A stretch of 64,000 bases of DNA, taken from the NCBI GenBank assembly GCA_964291315.2, contig OZ219753.1:1920001-1984000 (forward strand), read 5' to 3'. Below are positions 29,424 through 41,991 of the stretch, one piece after another. Both the position numbers and the translations under genes were made by a program. Source of the stretch: Candidatus Poribacteria bacterium. Lineage in GTDB: Bacteria; Poribacteria; WGA-4E; WGA-3G. Each line of letters opens with the position of its first letter. The first letter of the stretch is position 1. The notes under the pieces were generated by a model. It searched no databases. It saw nothing but the letters and a program-made list of their open reading frames with translations, and had not been told where the DNA came from.

Positions 29424-29534
29424 TCTACCATACCTTGTTAGTCTGTGCGTCTATTAGCCTTGTAGCATAGACTGTCAATCTGTGTATCTATTAGCCTTGT
29501 AGCATAGACTGTTAGTCTGTGCATCCATAGCATC
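29424..29534 (+). repeat. Three tandem 37-bp units, each with a GTAG-type REP palindrome, between cas1 and cas2
   Basis: tGTAGCATAGAC-tgtta-GTCTGTGC plus a short spacer, starting at 29424, 29461 and 29498. Confidence 0.8.
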
Positions 29535-29554
29535 ACCATAAGGAGCTACCGATA

Positions 29555-29818
29555 ATGTATATCATTCTCGTCTATGATATTCAAACCGATCGCGTCGCAA
29601 AAGTCTGTAAGTATCTGCGACAACATCTCAACTGGATCCAAAATTCTGTTTTTGAAGGACACTTAACCAAAGCCCAGCTCGCGCGCGTCAAATCTGGGTT
29701 AGCCGCACTCACCGATCTCGAAAAAGATTCTATTATTATCTATCAACTCCGCGATGCACGCTGGATGAATAAAGAGGTGATGGGTGTAGATAAGAACCCT
29801 GCCACCAACTTACTTTAA
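29555..29818 (+). CDS. cas2: Cas2
   Basis: MYIILVYDI, WIQNSVFEG, DSIIIY. Confidence 0.95.
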   Translation: MYIILVYDIQTDRVAKVCKYLRQHLNWIQNSVFEGHLTKAQLARVKSGLAALTDLEKDSIIIYQLRDARWMNKEVMGVDKNPATNLL

Positions 29819-29979
29819 ACGCGTTTTTAGCCAGAATCTAACCGCTAAACCTGCTGTCGACCGCTCTTAATTGCCTGCCTCGCGAGAACAAATCCTCCAT
29901 GGTGTTTAACGGAAAAGCAGAACCGACCTTGGCACCATAAAGAGCAGTCAACCTGCCAGCAATTTTGCACGACCGGCGG

Positions 29980-30129
29980 TTGACACGGTGCTTACGGATC
30001 GAGCGGCATATATACGTAGCTTTCATAACCTCTTTATCGAACCAATATGGAACAAAACAAGCATTGATCGAACCCATCAAAACCCACCCGGCCAGCCACT
30101 TTTAATAGAGGCCAGCGTGAAATCTAAAA
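29980..30129 (+). repeat. Degenerate copy of the CRISPR leader with two degenerate repeats (mini-array)
   Basis: TTGACACGGT..GGATC..GCTTTCATAA mirrors 30137-30186. Repeat-like sequences at 30032-30058 and 30099-30129. Confidence 0.6.
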
Positions 30130-30136
30130 AATAGAC

Positions 30137-30166
30137 TTGACACGGTTGATAAGGATCTAGTATAAT
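30137..30166 (+). promoter_or_regulatory. CRISPR leader promoter
   Basis: TTGACA-18bp-TATAAT ending 22 bp before the first repeat. Confidence 0.7.
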
Positions 30167-30188
30167 ATATTAATGGCTTCCATAAAGC

Positions 30189-32402
30189 CTTTTAATCGAA
30201 CCAGTATGGAATCGAAACTATTAGCAAGCGTTTTAGGCGGTATTGTGTGCGAAATACTTTTAATCGAACCAGTATGGAATCGAAACGCAGTTGACAGGCT
30301 TCGTAAAGCTTTTGGATTTAAACTTTTAATCGAACCAGTATGGAATCGAAACACACCGGATGCTTATTATGCATTGTTAGAAGGTCTTTTAATCGAACCA
30401 GTATGGAATCGAAACCTGTATCCGCTATCCTAAAAATACCACGCATATCCGACTTTTAATCGAACCAGTATGGAATCGAAACCTGTGTGCGGGGATCAGG
30501 TCGATCGAGATAGCGTTCCTTTTAATCGAACCAGTATGGAATCGAAACTCGCGACACTTTGCTAGCAGTAGAGAGCATGCGTGACAACGACTTTTAATCG
30601 AACCAGTATGGAATCGAAACTGTGGTCATCGTGTCGAAGTCACGATGACAAGCGGAAACTTTTAATCGAACCAGTATGGAATCGAAACTCTTTCTAAATC
30701 CTTTTTGAATGGTGCCCCGCCGTTCTTTTAATCGAACCAGTATGGAATCGAAACGGGCTTTACTGGAACGGTGTCTGTTGTGAGAGTAGTCTTTTAATCG
30801 AACCAGTATGGAATCGAAACCTTAGAATCACGTGAATAACCCAACGGCATCTCAAACTTTTAATCGAACCAGTATGGAATCGAAACTTTTGAATGAGGCC
30901 CCGCCGTTTCGGGCGGGGCGGGGCTTTTAATCGAACCAGTATGGAATCGAAACGAGGTTCAACTTGGCAGGTTTAGGCGTTTTCAAGCTTTTAATCGAAC
31001 CAGTATGGAATCGAAACAATCCAACTTCCAATTCTACGGGGAGACTATCCCCGCTTTTAATCGAACCAGTATGGAATCGAAACCTCCTCGAACCCACCAT
31101 CACCATCGCTGACGATGCACTTTTAATCGAACCAGTATGGAATCGAAACGTTTCTCTAGCCAGCGCAGGCAATCTATCCGAGATAGCTTTTAATCGAACC
31201 AGTATGGAATCGAAACTAGTGGTATCGGCTCTATAACTCGTCACGCCTTGCCTTTTAATCGAACCAGTATGGAATCGAAACTGAACAACGATATATTAAC
31301 TGGCAAATAATCTAACCCTTTTAATCGAACCAGTATGGAATCGAAACCTGGCAAGAAGCGATTTCACAATTAGGGTTGGACCCGCTTTTAATCGAACCAG
31401 TATGGAATCGAAACGATGTTATGCCTACGGAGCAACGTTGGCAACGACACTTTTAATCGAACCAGTATGGAATCGAAACCACCGCTACTGCGGAATACAG
31501 CACCCCTTCCTTAACTTTTAATCGAACCAGTATGGAATCGAAACTTCAGTATCGGGTCGAAGGTAGATCAGTTTTGCTGGCTTTTAATCGAACCAGTATG
31601 GAATCGAAACTCGGCAACGGTGGATAACAACACAGTTTATCTTTACCTTTTAATCGAACCAGTATGGAATCGAAACTCGGCACGCCGTTTGTTTACACCA
31701 AGACCTCGCCTTCTTTTAATCGAACCAGTATGGAATCAAAACCGCGATAACCTTTCGCATCTTTCCACCAGAAATCGCTTTTAATCGAACCAGTATGGAA
31801 TCAAAACGATACTCATTGAGTGTGATACCGCGGTTCTTCGCTTGCTTTTAATCGAACCAGTATGGAATCAAAACTCGTCTAACTCATGTGCTTCGACGTA
31901 AGCATCCACTTTTAATCGAACCAGTATGGAATCAAAACTTGATACGAAGATCAATTGCTTCTGTGAAGGAAAATTCCTTTTAATCGAACCAGTATGGAAT
32001 CTAAACGCAAGCCAGTAATTAATAAATGCTCGATCAGATCCACTTTTAATCGAACCAGTATGGAATCAAAACCTGATCTTCACAGCCAAGTAGCAATCCT
32101 ACTAATGCCAACTTTTAATCGAACCAGTATGGAATCAAAACGATACTCATTGAGTGTGATACCGCGGTTCTTCGCTTGCTTTTAATCGAACCAGTATGGA
32201 ATCAAAACAAGTATGTGTTCGGTGGTCTCCCGTCTGTACCTCCTTTTAATCGAACCAGTATGGAATCAAAACATGCAACGAACGAGTCTAACACAACCTC
32301 CATAATCTTTTAATCGAACCAATATGGAATCAAAACTTAAAACCCTGCACAGTAGTTCCGGGCCGTATCCCATTTTTAATCGAACCACTATGGAATCAAA
32401 AC
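30189..32402 (+). CRISPR. CRISPR array, 34 repeats and 33 spacers (33-42 bp); repeat CTTTTAATCGAACCAGTATGGAATC(G/A)AAAC
   Basis: Repeats counted by hand. Orientation on + from the leader promoter, the 3' ATCGAAAC handle, and degenerate distal repeats. Confidence 0.97.
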
Positions 32403-32569
32403 AAGGTTCACTTAGTCAATCAAATTGGAGCAACCGCCGTTTCAGCAAAACTTTCTACTTAATCACGCTATTTTATAGCAAATAATGCACATCAAATCGG
32501 AACCCGTGTAGGATCAAAACGCATCGCCTACTTCTATTCCTTAGCGGTCTGGAAATACCAACTTTTCAC

Positions 32570-32599
32570 TTGACAGCGCTAACCCATAAATGCTATTAT
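32570..32599 (+). promoter_or_regulatory. Sigma70-like promoter for the csm operon
   Basis: TTGACA-18bp-TATTAT with an extended TG. Confidence 0.5.
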
Positions 32600-32694
32600 A
32601 TTTAATAACGCCAGCAGCTATCTCAAACACGCAAACATTCAGCCGATTAAACCGTAAAAATTACAATTAATAACTGCAACAGACCGCCACACAA

Positions 32695-35419
<2,725 letters not shown>

Positions 35420-35429
35420 GGAGACTTAG

Positions 35430-36257
35430 ATGCCAAGTATTCAACTGCAAGGTAAAATTTTTCTGAAAGGCACAATTAACGCACTCACCGGTTTACATAT
35501 CGGTGGAAATTCCGGAGAGCTGGACATCGGCGGCATAGATAACCCGATCATACGTAGTGCATTCAACCGTCAACCCTACATCCCCGGCTCGTCTTTACGA
35601 GGAAAGATGCGCGGCTTACTTGACCGACATTTCAACAACCCTCTCGAAAAACCAGTCGGCAGAGACGTTCGAGTACATGAATGCCAAACGCCAGCGGATT
35701 ACAACGCATGCCCGGTTTGTCAAGTCTTCGGGGTCGCTCCCATACGGCAGTTGCGTGGAAAGACGATGCCGACACGCCTCATCGTCCGAGATACCTTCTT
35801 AAGCTCAAACGCTCTGGAGTCCTTGGACAAAGCAGATACCGATACGGATTTCACCGAGATCAAAACCGAGGTCGCTATTGACCGAATTACCTCCGCTGCC
35901 ACACCTCGCCAACAAGAGCGCGTTCCAGCCGGCACAACCTTCGGCCCCTTTCAAATAGTCCACAGCCTCTATACACAAAATGAGACCGATTGGAAAAATC
36001 AACTTCAAGCCGAACTTCAGTACCTTGATACCGTTCTCATGGGCATGGAACTCTTAGAGGATGACTACCTCGGCGGCTCCGGCTCCCGTGGCTACGGGCA
36101 GATCGCCTTTGAAAACCTAAGCATGACCTTCAAATCTCGTGAATGTTACGAAAATATCCACGTAAAACCGATAACCCTCGCTGACACCGCAGATGTTCAA
36201 ACGCTCCGTCAATCCGACTACACAGATCAAATCCTCAAGACCATCTCTGCTGAATAG
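35430..36257 (+). CDS. csm3: Csm3 RAMP
   Basis: TGLHIGG, GGIDNP (catalytic Asp retained), PYIPGSSLRGK, YLGGSGSRGYG. Confidence 0.95.
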   Translation: MPSIQLQGKIFLKGTINALTGLHIGGNSGELDIGGIDNPIIRSAFNRQPYIPGSSLRGKMRGLLDRHFNNPLEKPVGRDVRVHECQTPADYNACPVCQVFGVAPIRQLRGKTMPTRLIVRDTFLSSNALESLDKADTDTDFTEIKTEVAIDRITSAATPRQQERVPAGTTFGPFQIVHSLYTQNETDWKNQLQAELQYLDTVLMGMELLEDDYLGGSGSRGYGQIAFENLSMTFKSRECYENIHVKPITLADTADVQTLRQSDYTDQILKTISAE

Positions 36258-36265
36258 GAACGCCC

Positions 36266-37390
36266 ATGGCGACTGATATCATCTACCGTTTAAACTTCAA
36301 AAATCAACTGCATCTCGGGCGTAGCTCTGGGCCTGCGCAGGAAGGTAAGCTCGGTTTGGAGAAAACCGAAACCTATATTCCGGCCGACACCCTCTTCTCA
36401 GCGATCTGCCAGATGTGGTCGACTTTTTACGACCAGGAAAGTCTCACCAGCTTTCTCAACGGTTACACGCAACACAATGACGCTTTACCGCTCACGCTGA
36501 CATCAGCGTTCCCTTTCGCCGGCGATGTCTATCTCTTTCCAAAGCCGTTGACACTCCGGCAAAGTGAAGATACAACTCAGAAAATAAAAGCGAAAGCGCA
36601 GAAAAAAATTAAGAACCTCCAATTCGTTTCCGGCAACCTCTTTCACGCTATCATTTCCGGCCACACGCCAACATTCACCAAAGACAACTGCTCCATCGCT
36701 ATTAACCTTAGCGGCGAGGAAATCTGTCCAGCGAATAGCGAAAGGGCATGGATCACTACCGAAGAGAAAGAAAAGTTGGCAGAGACGTTATGTCCTAGCA
36801 ACAAAAATAGAAAAGACGAGCTTAATATCTGGACCACTCACATCCGGCCGCGTGTTACCTTGGGCAGTCGAAATTCCGGATCTGAGATATGGCGTGTCCA
36901 AACCGTCCAATTCAACACCGAATGTGGACTCTGGTTCGCCGCACAATTCGATACTGACGACACACAACAGAAATTTGAGACCCTGCTTCGCATACTCGCA
37001 GATACAGGCATCGGCGGCGAACGCAACGCCGGATACGGCGCATTCCATTTTACGAAAACGACCCTTGAAATGCCCAAAGTGGAGACAGCAGACCATTTCG
37101 TTACGCTCTCACCCGTATCTCCGAAGTCTCCACAACAGCTAGCACAACTTCTCACTGGCAATATCGCTTACACGCTCAACCCACTAACCGGATGGATAAG
37201 TAACACCGGAACCGCCACACGCCGAAAACAGGTTAACATGTTCACCGAAGGCTCTGTCTTGCACACCAGCGACGCACAGGTAGGCCGATTGGTCAACACG
37301 TGCCCCGATAACTGGGAGCATCCTGTCTACCGTTATGGTTACGCGTGGCAGATCGGTATCAGAGGAACGTCCGATGAAACAGAAGTATGA
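36266..37390 (+). CDS. csm4: Csm4 RAMP
   Basis: ADTLFSA, SAFPF, GIGGERNAGYG, MFTEGS, HPVYRYG. Confidence 0.93.
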   Translation: MATDIIYRLNFKNQLHLGRSSGPAQEGKLGLEKTETYIPADTLFSAICQMWSTFYDQESLTSFLNGYTQHNDALPLTLTSAFPFAGDVYLFPKPLTLRQSEDTTQKIKAKAQKKIKNLQFVSGNLFHAIISGHTPTFTKDNCSIAINLSGEEICPANSERAWITTEEKEKLAETLCPSNKNRKDELNIWTTHIRPRVTLGSRNSGSEIWRVQTVQFNTECGLWFAAQFDTDDTQQKFETLLRILADTGIGGERNAGYGAFHFTKTTLEMPKVETADHFVTLSPVSPKSPQQLAQLLTGNIAYTLNPLTGWISNTGTATRRKQVNMFTEGSVLHTSDAQVGRLVNTCPDNWEHPVYRYGYAWQIGIRGTSDETEV

Positions 37391-38561
37391 ACTCCACGTA
37401 ATTACGCCCGTCCATGTCGGCTCCGGCGAAGTATTGAGTCACATAGACGGTTGCTATGCCAACGGCAGATGGTATCATATAGACCTAGACAAAGTATTAG
37501 CTGATCCCAGCACTGATCTCAACGCCTTAACATCCCAAATGGCGCAGCGCGACTTCCGATGGGAACGCTACCTTAAACAACATAACACCGATTTAGCAGA
37601 ACTCTCTGCCTACAGTCTTGCTTGTCCACAAAGTCCAGAGCAGGTAGAAATCCGGGAGGCGATCAAAACGCTCGGTTACCGACCCTATATTCCGGGTAGC
37701 ACCCTCAAAGGCGCAATCCGAACTGCACTGCTAGACGAGATTCTCCATGTAGACGATAATGTGTACTACAAAAGTCAGAACCACTTAAAGACCTTAATTG
37801 TTCGAGGACCACGGGGCAATCCCAGAAATGAAAAACCCGCCCAACGAATAGAGGAACTGGCTTTCGGTAAAGACCCGAACCACGATCTCCTACGTGCCTT
37901 GCACGTCAGCGATACCGCCCCGCTCAACAGCGACTCCCTCGAAATCGGCACCGCATGGACCCTTACGCTCGATCGCAATGATCAACTCGTGCAGAAAATA
38001 GAGCGCGGCCGGGAGTACAAGAATTTTATCCAACACATCTCCCCCGGACAGCAACTGACGTTCTCACTTAAGATTGACGACCTTCTTTTCCGTGAGCGCG
38101 AGAGAAAACCACTCCATTATAGCGATGCACAAGAAAAAATGCTGAAAAATATTGCAAAGGTTTGTCGTTCCGCAACGGCCCAACTGATAAACGACGAGTT
38201 GGAATTTTTTGAATACTATAAGCTCCCAGAAATTGCGAACTTTTATGATAAGCTGCGTAGTTTAAATGATATGATTCCAGGGGAGGCGTTCCTGTTGCAA
38301 ATCGGCTGGGGCACAGGCTACCATACCAACACCGTCACATCTCTATTTGCACACAACGCACCGACAGAGCCAGACAACGAAGAATCCCCTGAAACCCTAC
38401 CATGGATGGATTTGCGAGAACGCTTTAAATTAGGCGCAAGCCGTTCTCAACGAGGCCGGTATGATCCTAGAGAATTCCCGAAAACGCGACGCATCCTGTA
38501 TCGTGGACGAAATCCGATCGAGCCTCCCGGGTGGGTCAAAATCTCACCACTTGAAGATTAA
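37374..38561 (+). CDS. csm5: Csm5 RAMP
   Basis: ITPVHVGSG, PYIPGSTLKGAIRTA, LQIGWGTG, PKTRR. Confidence 0.93.
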   Translation: MKQKYELHVITPVHVGSGEVLSHIDGCYANGRWYHIDLDKVLADPSTDLNALTSQMAQRDFRWERYLKQHNTDLAELSAYSLACPQSPEQVEIREAIKTLGYRPYIPGSTLKGAIRTALLDEILHVDDNVYYKSQNHLKTLIVRGPRGNPRNEKPAQRIEELAFGKDPNHDLLRALHVSDTAPLNSDSLEIGTAWTLTLDRNDQLVQKIERGREYKNFIQHISPGQQLTFSLKIDDLLFRERERKPLHYSDAQEKMLKNIAKVCRSATAQLINDELEFFEYYKLPEIANFYDKLRSLNDMIPGEAFLLQIGWGTGYHTNTVTSLFAHNAPTEPDNEESPETLPWMDLRERFKLGASRSQRGRYDPREFPKTRRILYRGRNPIEPPGWVKISPLED

Positions 38562-38599
38562 AACACAAAACTATCTTTGGCCAAAGGAGCAGTACCTGG

Positions 38600-39832
38600 A
38601 TGAAGAAAACATTTGTAACCTTCCTCGGCAGAGGACGAGAGAATACAGAAACCGGATATAGAGAAACAACCTACCAATTTCCAGATAACTCCCAGGAAAC
38701 GACAGCTTTTTTTGGCTTTGCATTGGCAGAATATATAGGTCCAAATCGCACCATCATTTTGGGCACCCGGAGCAGTCAATGGGGAATCCTAGTGGAGCAC
38801 CTTGCAGATGCAGGTGGAAAAGAAGATGCCCGCCTCGAACTCATGGACGCTGAAACACGAGGAGAAGTTGAACAGCGGCACCTGGACGCAGTCACAGACC
38901 TGATGTGCAGCGCTGTCAATTACGAAATTATTGCACGCCTGATCCCATTTGGAAAAAATGAGGATGAACAGTACAAGATACTAGACGTTATTGCAGACAA
39001 CGTCCTCGAAGGAAATATCGATTTCGATTTGACACACGGGTTTCGGCATTTTGGAATGATCGGTTTCCTATCCGCTTTCATGCTGGCGCGCGTTCGCGGA
39101 CTTAATGTGAACAATTTGTGGTACGGCGCGCTTGACATGACTCAAAATAACATCACCCCGGTGCTTAAGTTGGATGGTCTCAACAGGGTCCGCCAATGGC
39201 TGGACGCACTCAATCGATTCGACGCCACTGGAGATTATAGAATATTCGGATCGCTCCTCACAAAAGATGGGGTAGCACCACAGGAAACGAAGCATCTTGA
39301 AAACGCTGCCTTCCACGAACGGACGTTCAATCTGCCTGCCGCAGCCGCTGAGATCCGTAAATTCAAACCCGCGCTCAAAACCGATCTCACCGGAGCATCA
39401 AGACTCTTTCAACAGAAATTGGCAGACCGTCTCAGATGGGCTGACTGGGATAGTCTTTCCGAGCAGCAGGCAGAGCTGGCACGTCAATATCTCGGGCGTC
39501 GTGACTATGTCCGCGCCGCACTTTTCGCTTGGGAAACGCTTGTCACGCTGGCGTGTAAAAAGAACGGACTTGATCCTGAAGTCATAAGTGTTCGAATGCA
39601 ACAAAGTGTGCTAAGCGAACTAAGCAAACTAGCGGACGAAAAACGCCAAGCAGGTAAGATCCTCAATCAGATTCGCAACGCATTGGCGCACGGTAACCAA
39701 TCTCAGGAAATCCAAGAAATATTCGCAGACGAACAAAACCTGCGCGCAGCGCTACAAAACGCCTTTGAATGCCTTTTCCCAAAACCTACCAGAAGTGGAA
39801 AAACAGGTAGGAACCAAGAAACAAAAGATTAA
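38600..39832 (+). CDS. csx1: CARF-HEPN cOA-activated ribonuclease (Csx1 / TM1812 family)
   Basis: TFLG, DLTHGFRH CARF motif, YGALDM, HEPN RNALAH. Confidence 0.85.
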   Translation: MKKTFVTFLGRGRENTETGYRETTYQFPDNSQETTAFFGFALAEYIGPNRTIILGTRSSQWGILVEHLADAGGKEDARLELMDAETRGEVEQRHLDAVTDLMCSAVNYEIIARLIPFGKNEDEQYKILDVIADNVLEGNIDFDLTHGFRHFGMIGFLSAFMLARVRGLNVNNLWYGALDMTQNNITPVLKLDGLNRVRQWLDALNRFDATGDYRIFGSLLTKDGVAPQETKHLENAAFHERTFNLPAAAAEIRKFKPALKTDLTGASRLFQQKLADRLRWADWDSLSEQQAELARQYLGRRDYVRAALFAWETLVTLACKKNGLDPEVISVRMQQSVLSELSKLADEKRQAGKILNQIRNALAHGNQSQEIQEIFADEQNLRAALQNAFECLFPKPTRSGKTGRNQETKD

Positions 39833-40355
39833 GGATCACCACACACCAGCGCGCAAACCGCTTTTGCAGCCGCGGAAACAGATAGATAGACGCAGCAAGC
39901 ATCCCCACCCGTTCTGTTGCTCCAACAATCCCCGCATAGTGCCCTCTATCCCAATACGAAATCGGACTTTCAAACATAAAATCAGAAATCGGGAAAAAGT
40001 GACGATGCCCATCATCGTGGTGCGTCAAGAAGTCAAAAGCGCAGTGGATCAACATACTCCACGCAAGAACCGTCAACCCCTCAGACTGCAGTAGATAATA
40101 CCCGATTCCCAATAGAATCAGGATCAACGGGACAGCGTTGAAGGTATCAAAGAAATTGTGCCACGCCCTCATAAAATAGCGAGTGCCCCACAGCTCTCGT
40201 TGCGGTGTATTAAAGATAAATGTTTCTACTACAAAGAAGATGAATAGCGGCACATCTGGCAACACCGCACCCGCGAAGGCGTAAGAGTGGCGGCGCGGTT
40301 TGCCTTGCCTTGAGAGAAGCGCTATGTTGAGAATAGCGTGTGATTGCGTATGCAT
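39786..40355 (-). CDS. Membrane protein, metal-dependent hydrolase-like
   Basis: HxxxH, GAVLPD, HCAFDFLTHHDDGHRHFFP. Confidence 0.6.
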   Translation of the reverse strand: MHTQSHAILNIALLSRQGKPRRHSYAFAGAVLPDVPLFIFFVVETFIFNTPQRELWGTRYFMRAWHNFFDTFNAVPLILILLGIGYYLLQSEGLTVLAWSMLIHCAFDFLTHHDDGHRHFFPISDFMFESPISYWDRGHYAGIVGATERVGMLAASIYLFPRLQKRFARWCVVILNLLFLGSYLFFHFW

Positions 40356-40470
40356 CGTTACATCACAAATCAATCGGAACTTCGGAAACCTTCGCGGTTA
40401 TGTAGAACAGGCTCTAATCCGGCTTTTCATTCAGTTCGGTATCACAGAGAATGGGTTTGTAATCGCCACT

Positions 40471-41829
40471 TCACAGATGCCAAATCTCACTCTTAAATGG
40501 AGGGAATAAACAGTCTAACAGCACCGCGGGCGCCGTGCCTTTCGTCCAGCAATCGACGAAATGAGAGACCAACTCCTCCGTCCGGCACCGTCCACAGAGG
40601 AGATGCAGGAAGCTGAGATCAGGGAACGCCGCGTCCCCGTCTTCAATGTCTTCAGGGGTCCAGCGGGTGAGTCTGCTCACGCACCCCCGTTCAAATATGA
40701 AATGGATACCGCTTCGATAGAAACTGACCTTGAGTTCGCCTGTGTAGCCCTCTGCAACAGTTCCAATCAGGTGTTTTTCGAGGGCAGGTCGGATGTGCCG
40801 TAAAAATGTTATCAGATCGGGCACCCGGATATACCAAGAATACGGTAACGCTCTCCGGACAATAGCTTTAGGGAGGACACTATAAATTGTATGCTCGCGT
40901 CCGAGCATGAACTGGATCCCTGTCGCCTCCGAAGCCTTACTTTCGAAGACCACCGGTGTCGCCCTCGCCTTCTTCCACAGTGCCCGCAATAACGACGCCA
41001 CCAGGTTTAAATAGCCAACGCCCGGTTTCAGTTCGAGTCGCATAACAACAAAATGAGTGCCGCTGTCCTTGCCCTCGCCATAACCATCGTAGCACCACTG
41101 TAGATGCTGCACATAACCGAGCCGTGTCCCTTCCATATCCTCAATGAGCAGCCATTCCATCCGCGCACCACTGTCGGCAGACCGGCCGTTGAATTCATAT
41201 TCCCAGAGCCCGGGGCTCCGCGGACATGCAAACACTTGAGACTTAATTGCATGTGCATAGAGGTCTTGAATGAAAACGTTGTCCGCATCCATCCGCGGCC
41301 TGAGTCGACACGTCTCTGTCTCACCGCTTCTCAAAGCCGGAATGTGCATCCCATCGATGAGCAATTCCGCTTCCATATCCAGGGTCATCTCATATCCGAA
41401 CATTCGATAATACCACGGTATCCCAGTGATGCCTTGCATCAGTTGTCCGCGCGCCTCGCTCAAAGCATGAATTACCTCAAACTGCTTTCGAACCAAGCCG
41501 CGCCTGCGGTACCCCGGTTCAGTAGCAACAAATTCAGGCTGCCCCACCTCGAACGGAATGCCGCTATAGGTCCACGTCTGTGAGATGAGGCAAACGGAGG
41601 ACACAATTTGACCCGTTCGGATATCTTCAACAACGGTGAAATCGCTCGCTTTGCAGGTGGGATGATCTCCAGACATCAGGTCCCGGACGTTCGGACCGGT
41701 ATCCGCAGCTTCATGCTGCCGGACATTGAACTCAGCGAGCACATCCGCATCATCCCGTGTGGCAAATCGCAGTCTTAAGGCATCGCCGAGATCTATCGGC
41801 ATTTCTGAGAGAATACACTTTTTTGACAT
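40471..41829 (-). CDS. GNAT (Eis-like) acetyltransferase
   Basis: VATEPGYRRRGL acetyl-CoA motif, YYRMFGY. Confidence 0.8.
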   Translation of the reverse strand: MSKKCILSEMPIDLGDALRLRFATRDDADVLAEFNVRQHEAADTGPNVRDLMSGDHPTCKASDFTVVEDIRTGQIVSSVCLISQTWTYSGIPFEVGQPEFVATEPGYRRRGLVRKQFEVIHALSEARGQLMQGITGIPWYYRMFGYEMTLDMEAELLIDGMHIPALRSGETETCRLRPRMDADNVFIQDLYAHAIKSQVFACPRSPGLWEYEFNGRSADSGARMEWLLIEDMEGTRLGYVQHLQWCYDGYGEGKDSGTHFVVMRLELKPGVGYLNLVASLLRALWKKARATPVVFESKASEATGIQFMLGREHTIYSVLPKAIVRRALPYSWYIRVPDLITFLRHIRPALEKHLIGTVAEGYTGELKVSFYRSGIHFIFERGCVSRLTRWTPEDIEDGDAAFPDLSFLHLLCGRCRTEELVSHFVDCWTKGTAPAVLLDCLFPPFKSEIWHL

Positions 41830-41991
41830 TCACATTTTCCATAATATAGCTTCAAACAGATTGTATCATAGAAATTATATTGCATCAAATAGAAAAGGCG
41901 CACAGATAGTAAAGACGAGATACGGACACCCCGCCTAAACCCTCAAAAAACCAGTGAATACTTTGCAGAATATTGGTATAATAAGCAGAAG

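Noticed and set aside
29424-29534. Second mini-CRISPR between cas1 and cas2
   Set aside because: The sequence between units is repeated rather than unique, is unrelated to the array repeat, and the motif recurs at non-cas intergenic sites, so it is REP-like.
30157-32185. Short ORFs with periodic LLIEPVWNRN, FRFHTGSIKS or FNRTSMESK motifs
   Set aside because: They are translations of CRISPR repeats, not proteins.
30189-32402. Self-targeting spacers within the window
   Set aside because: No match noticed by eye; an exhaustive alignment was not possible.
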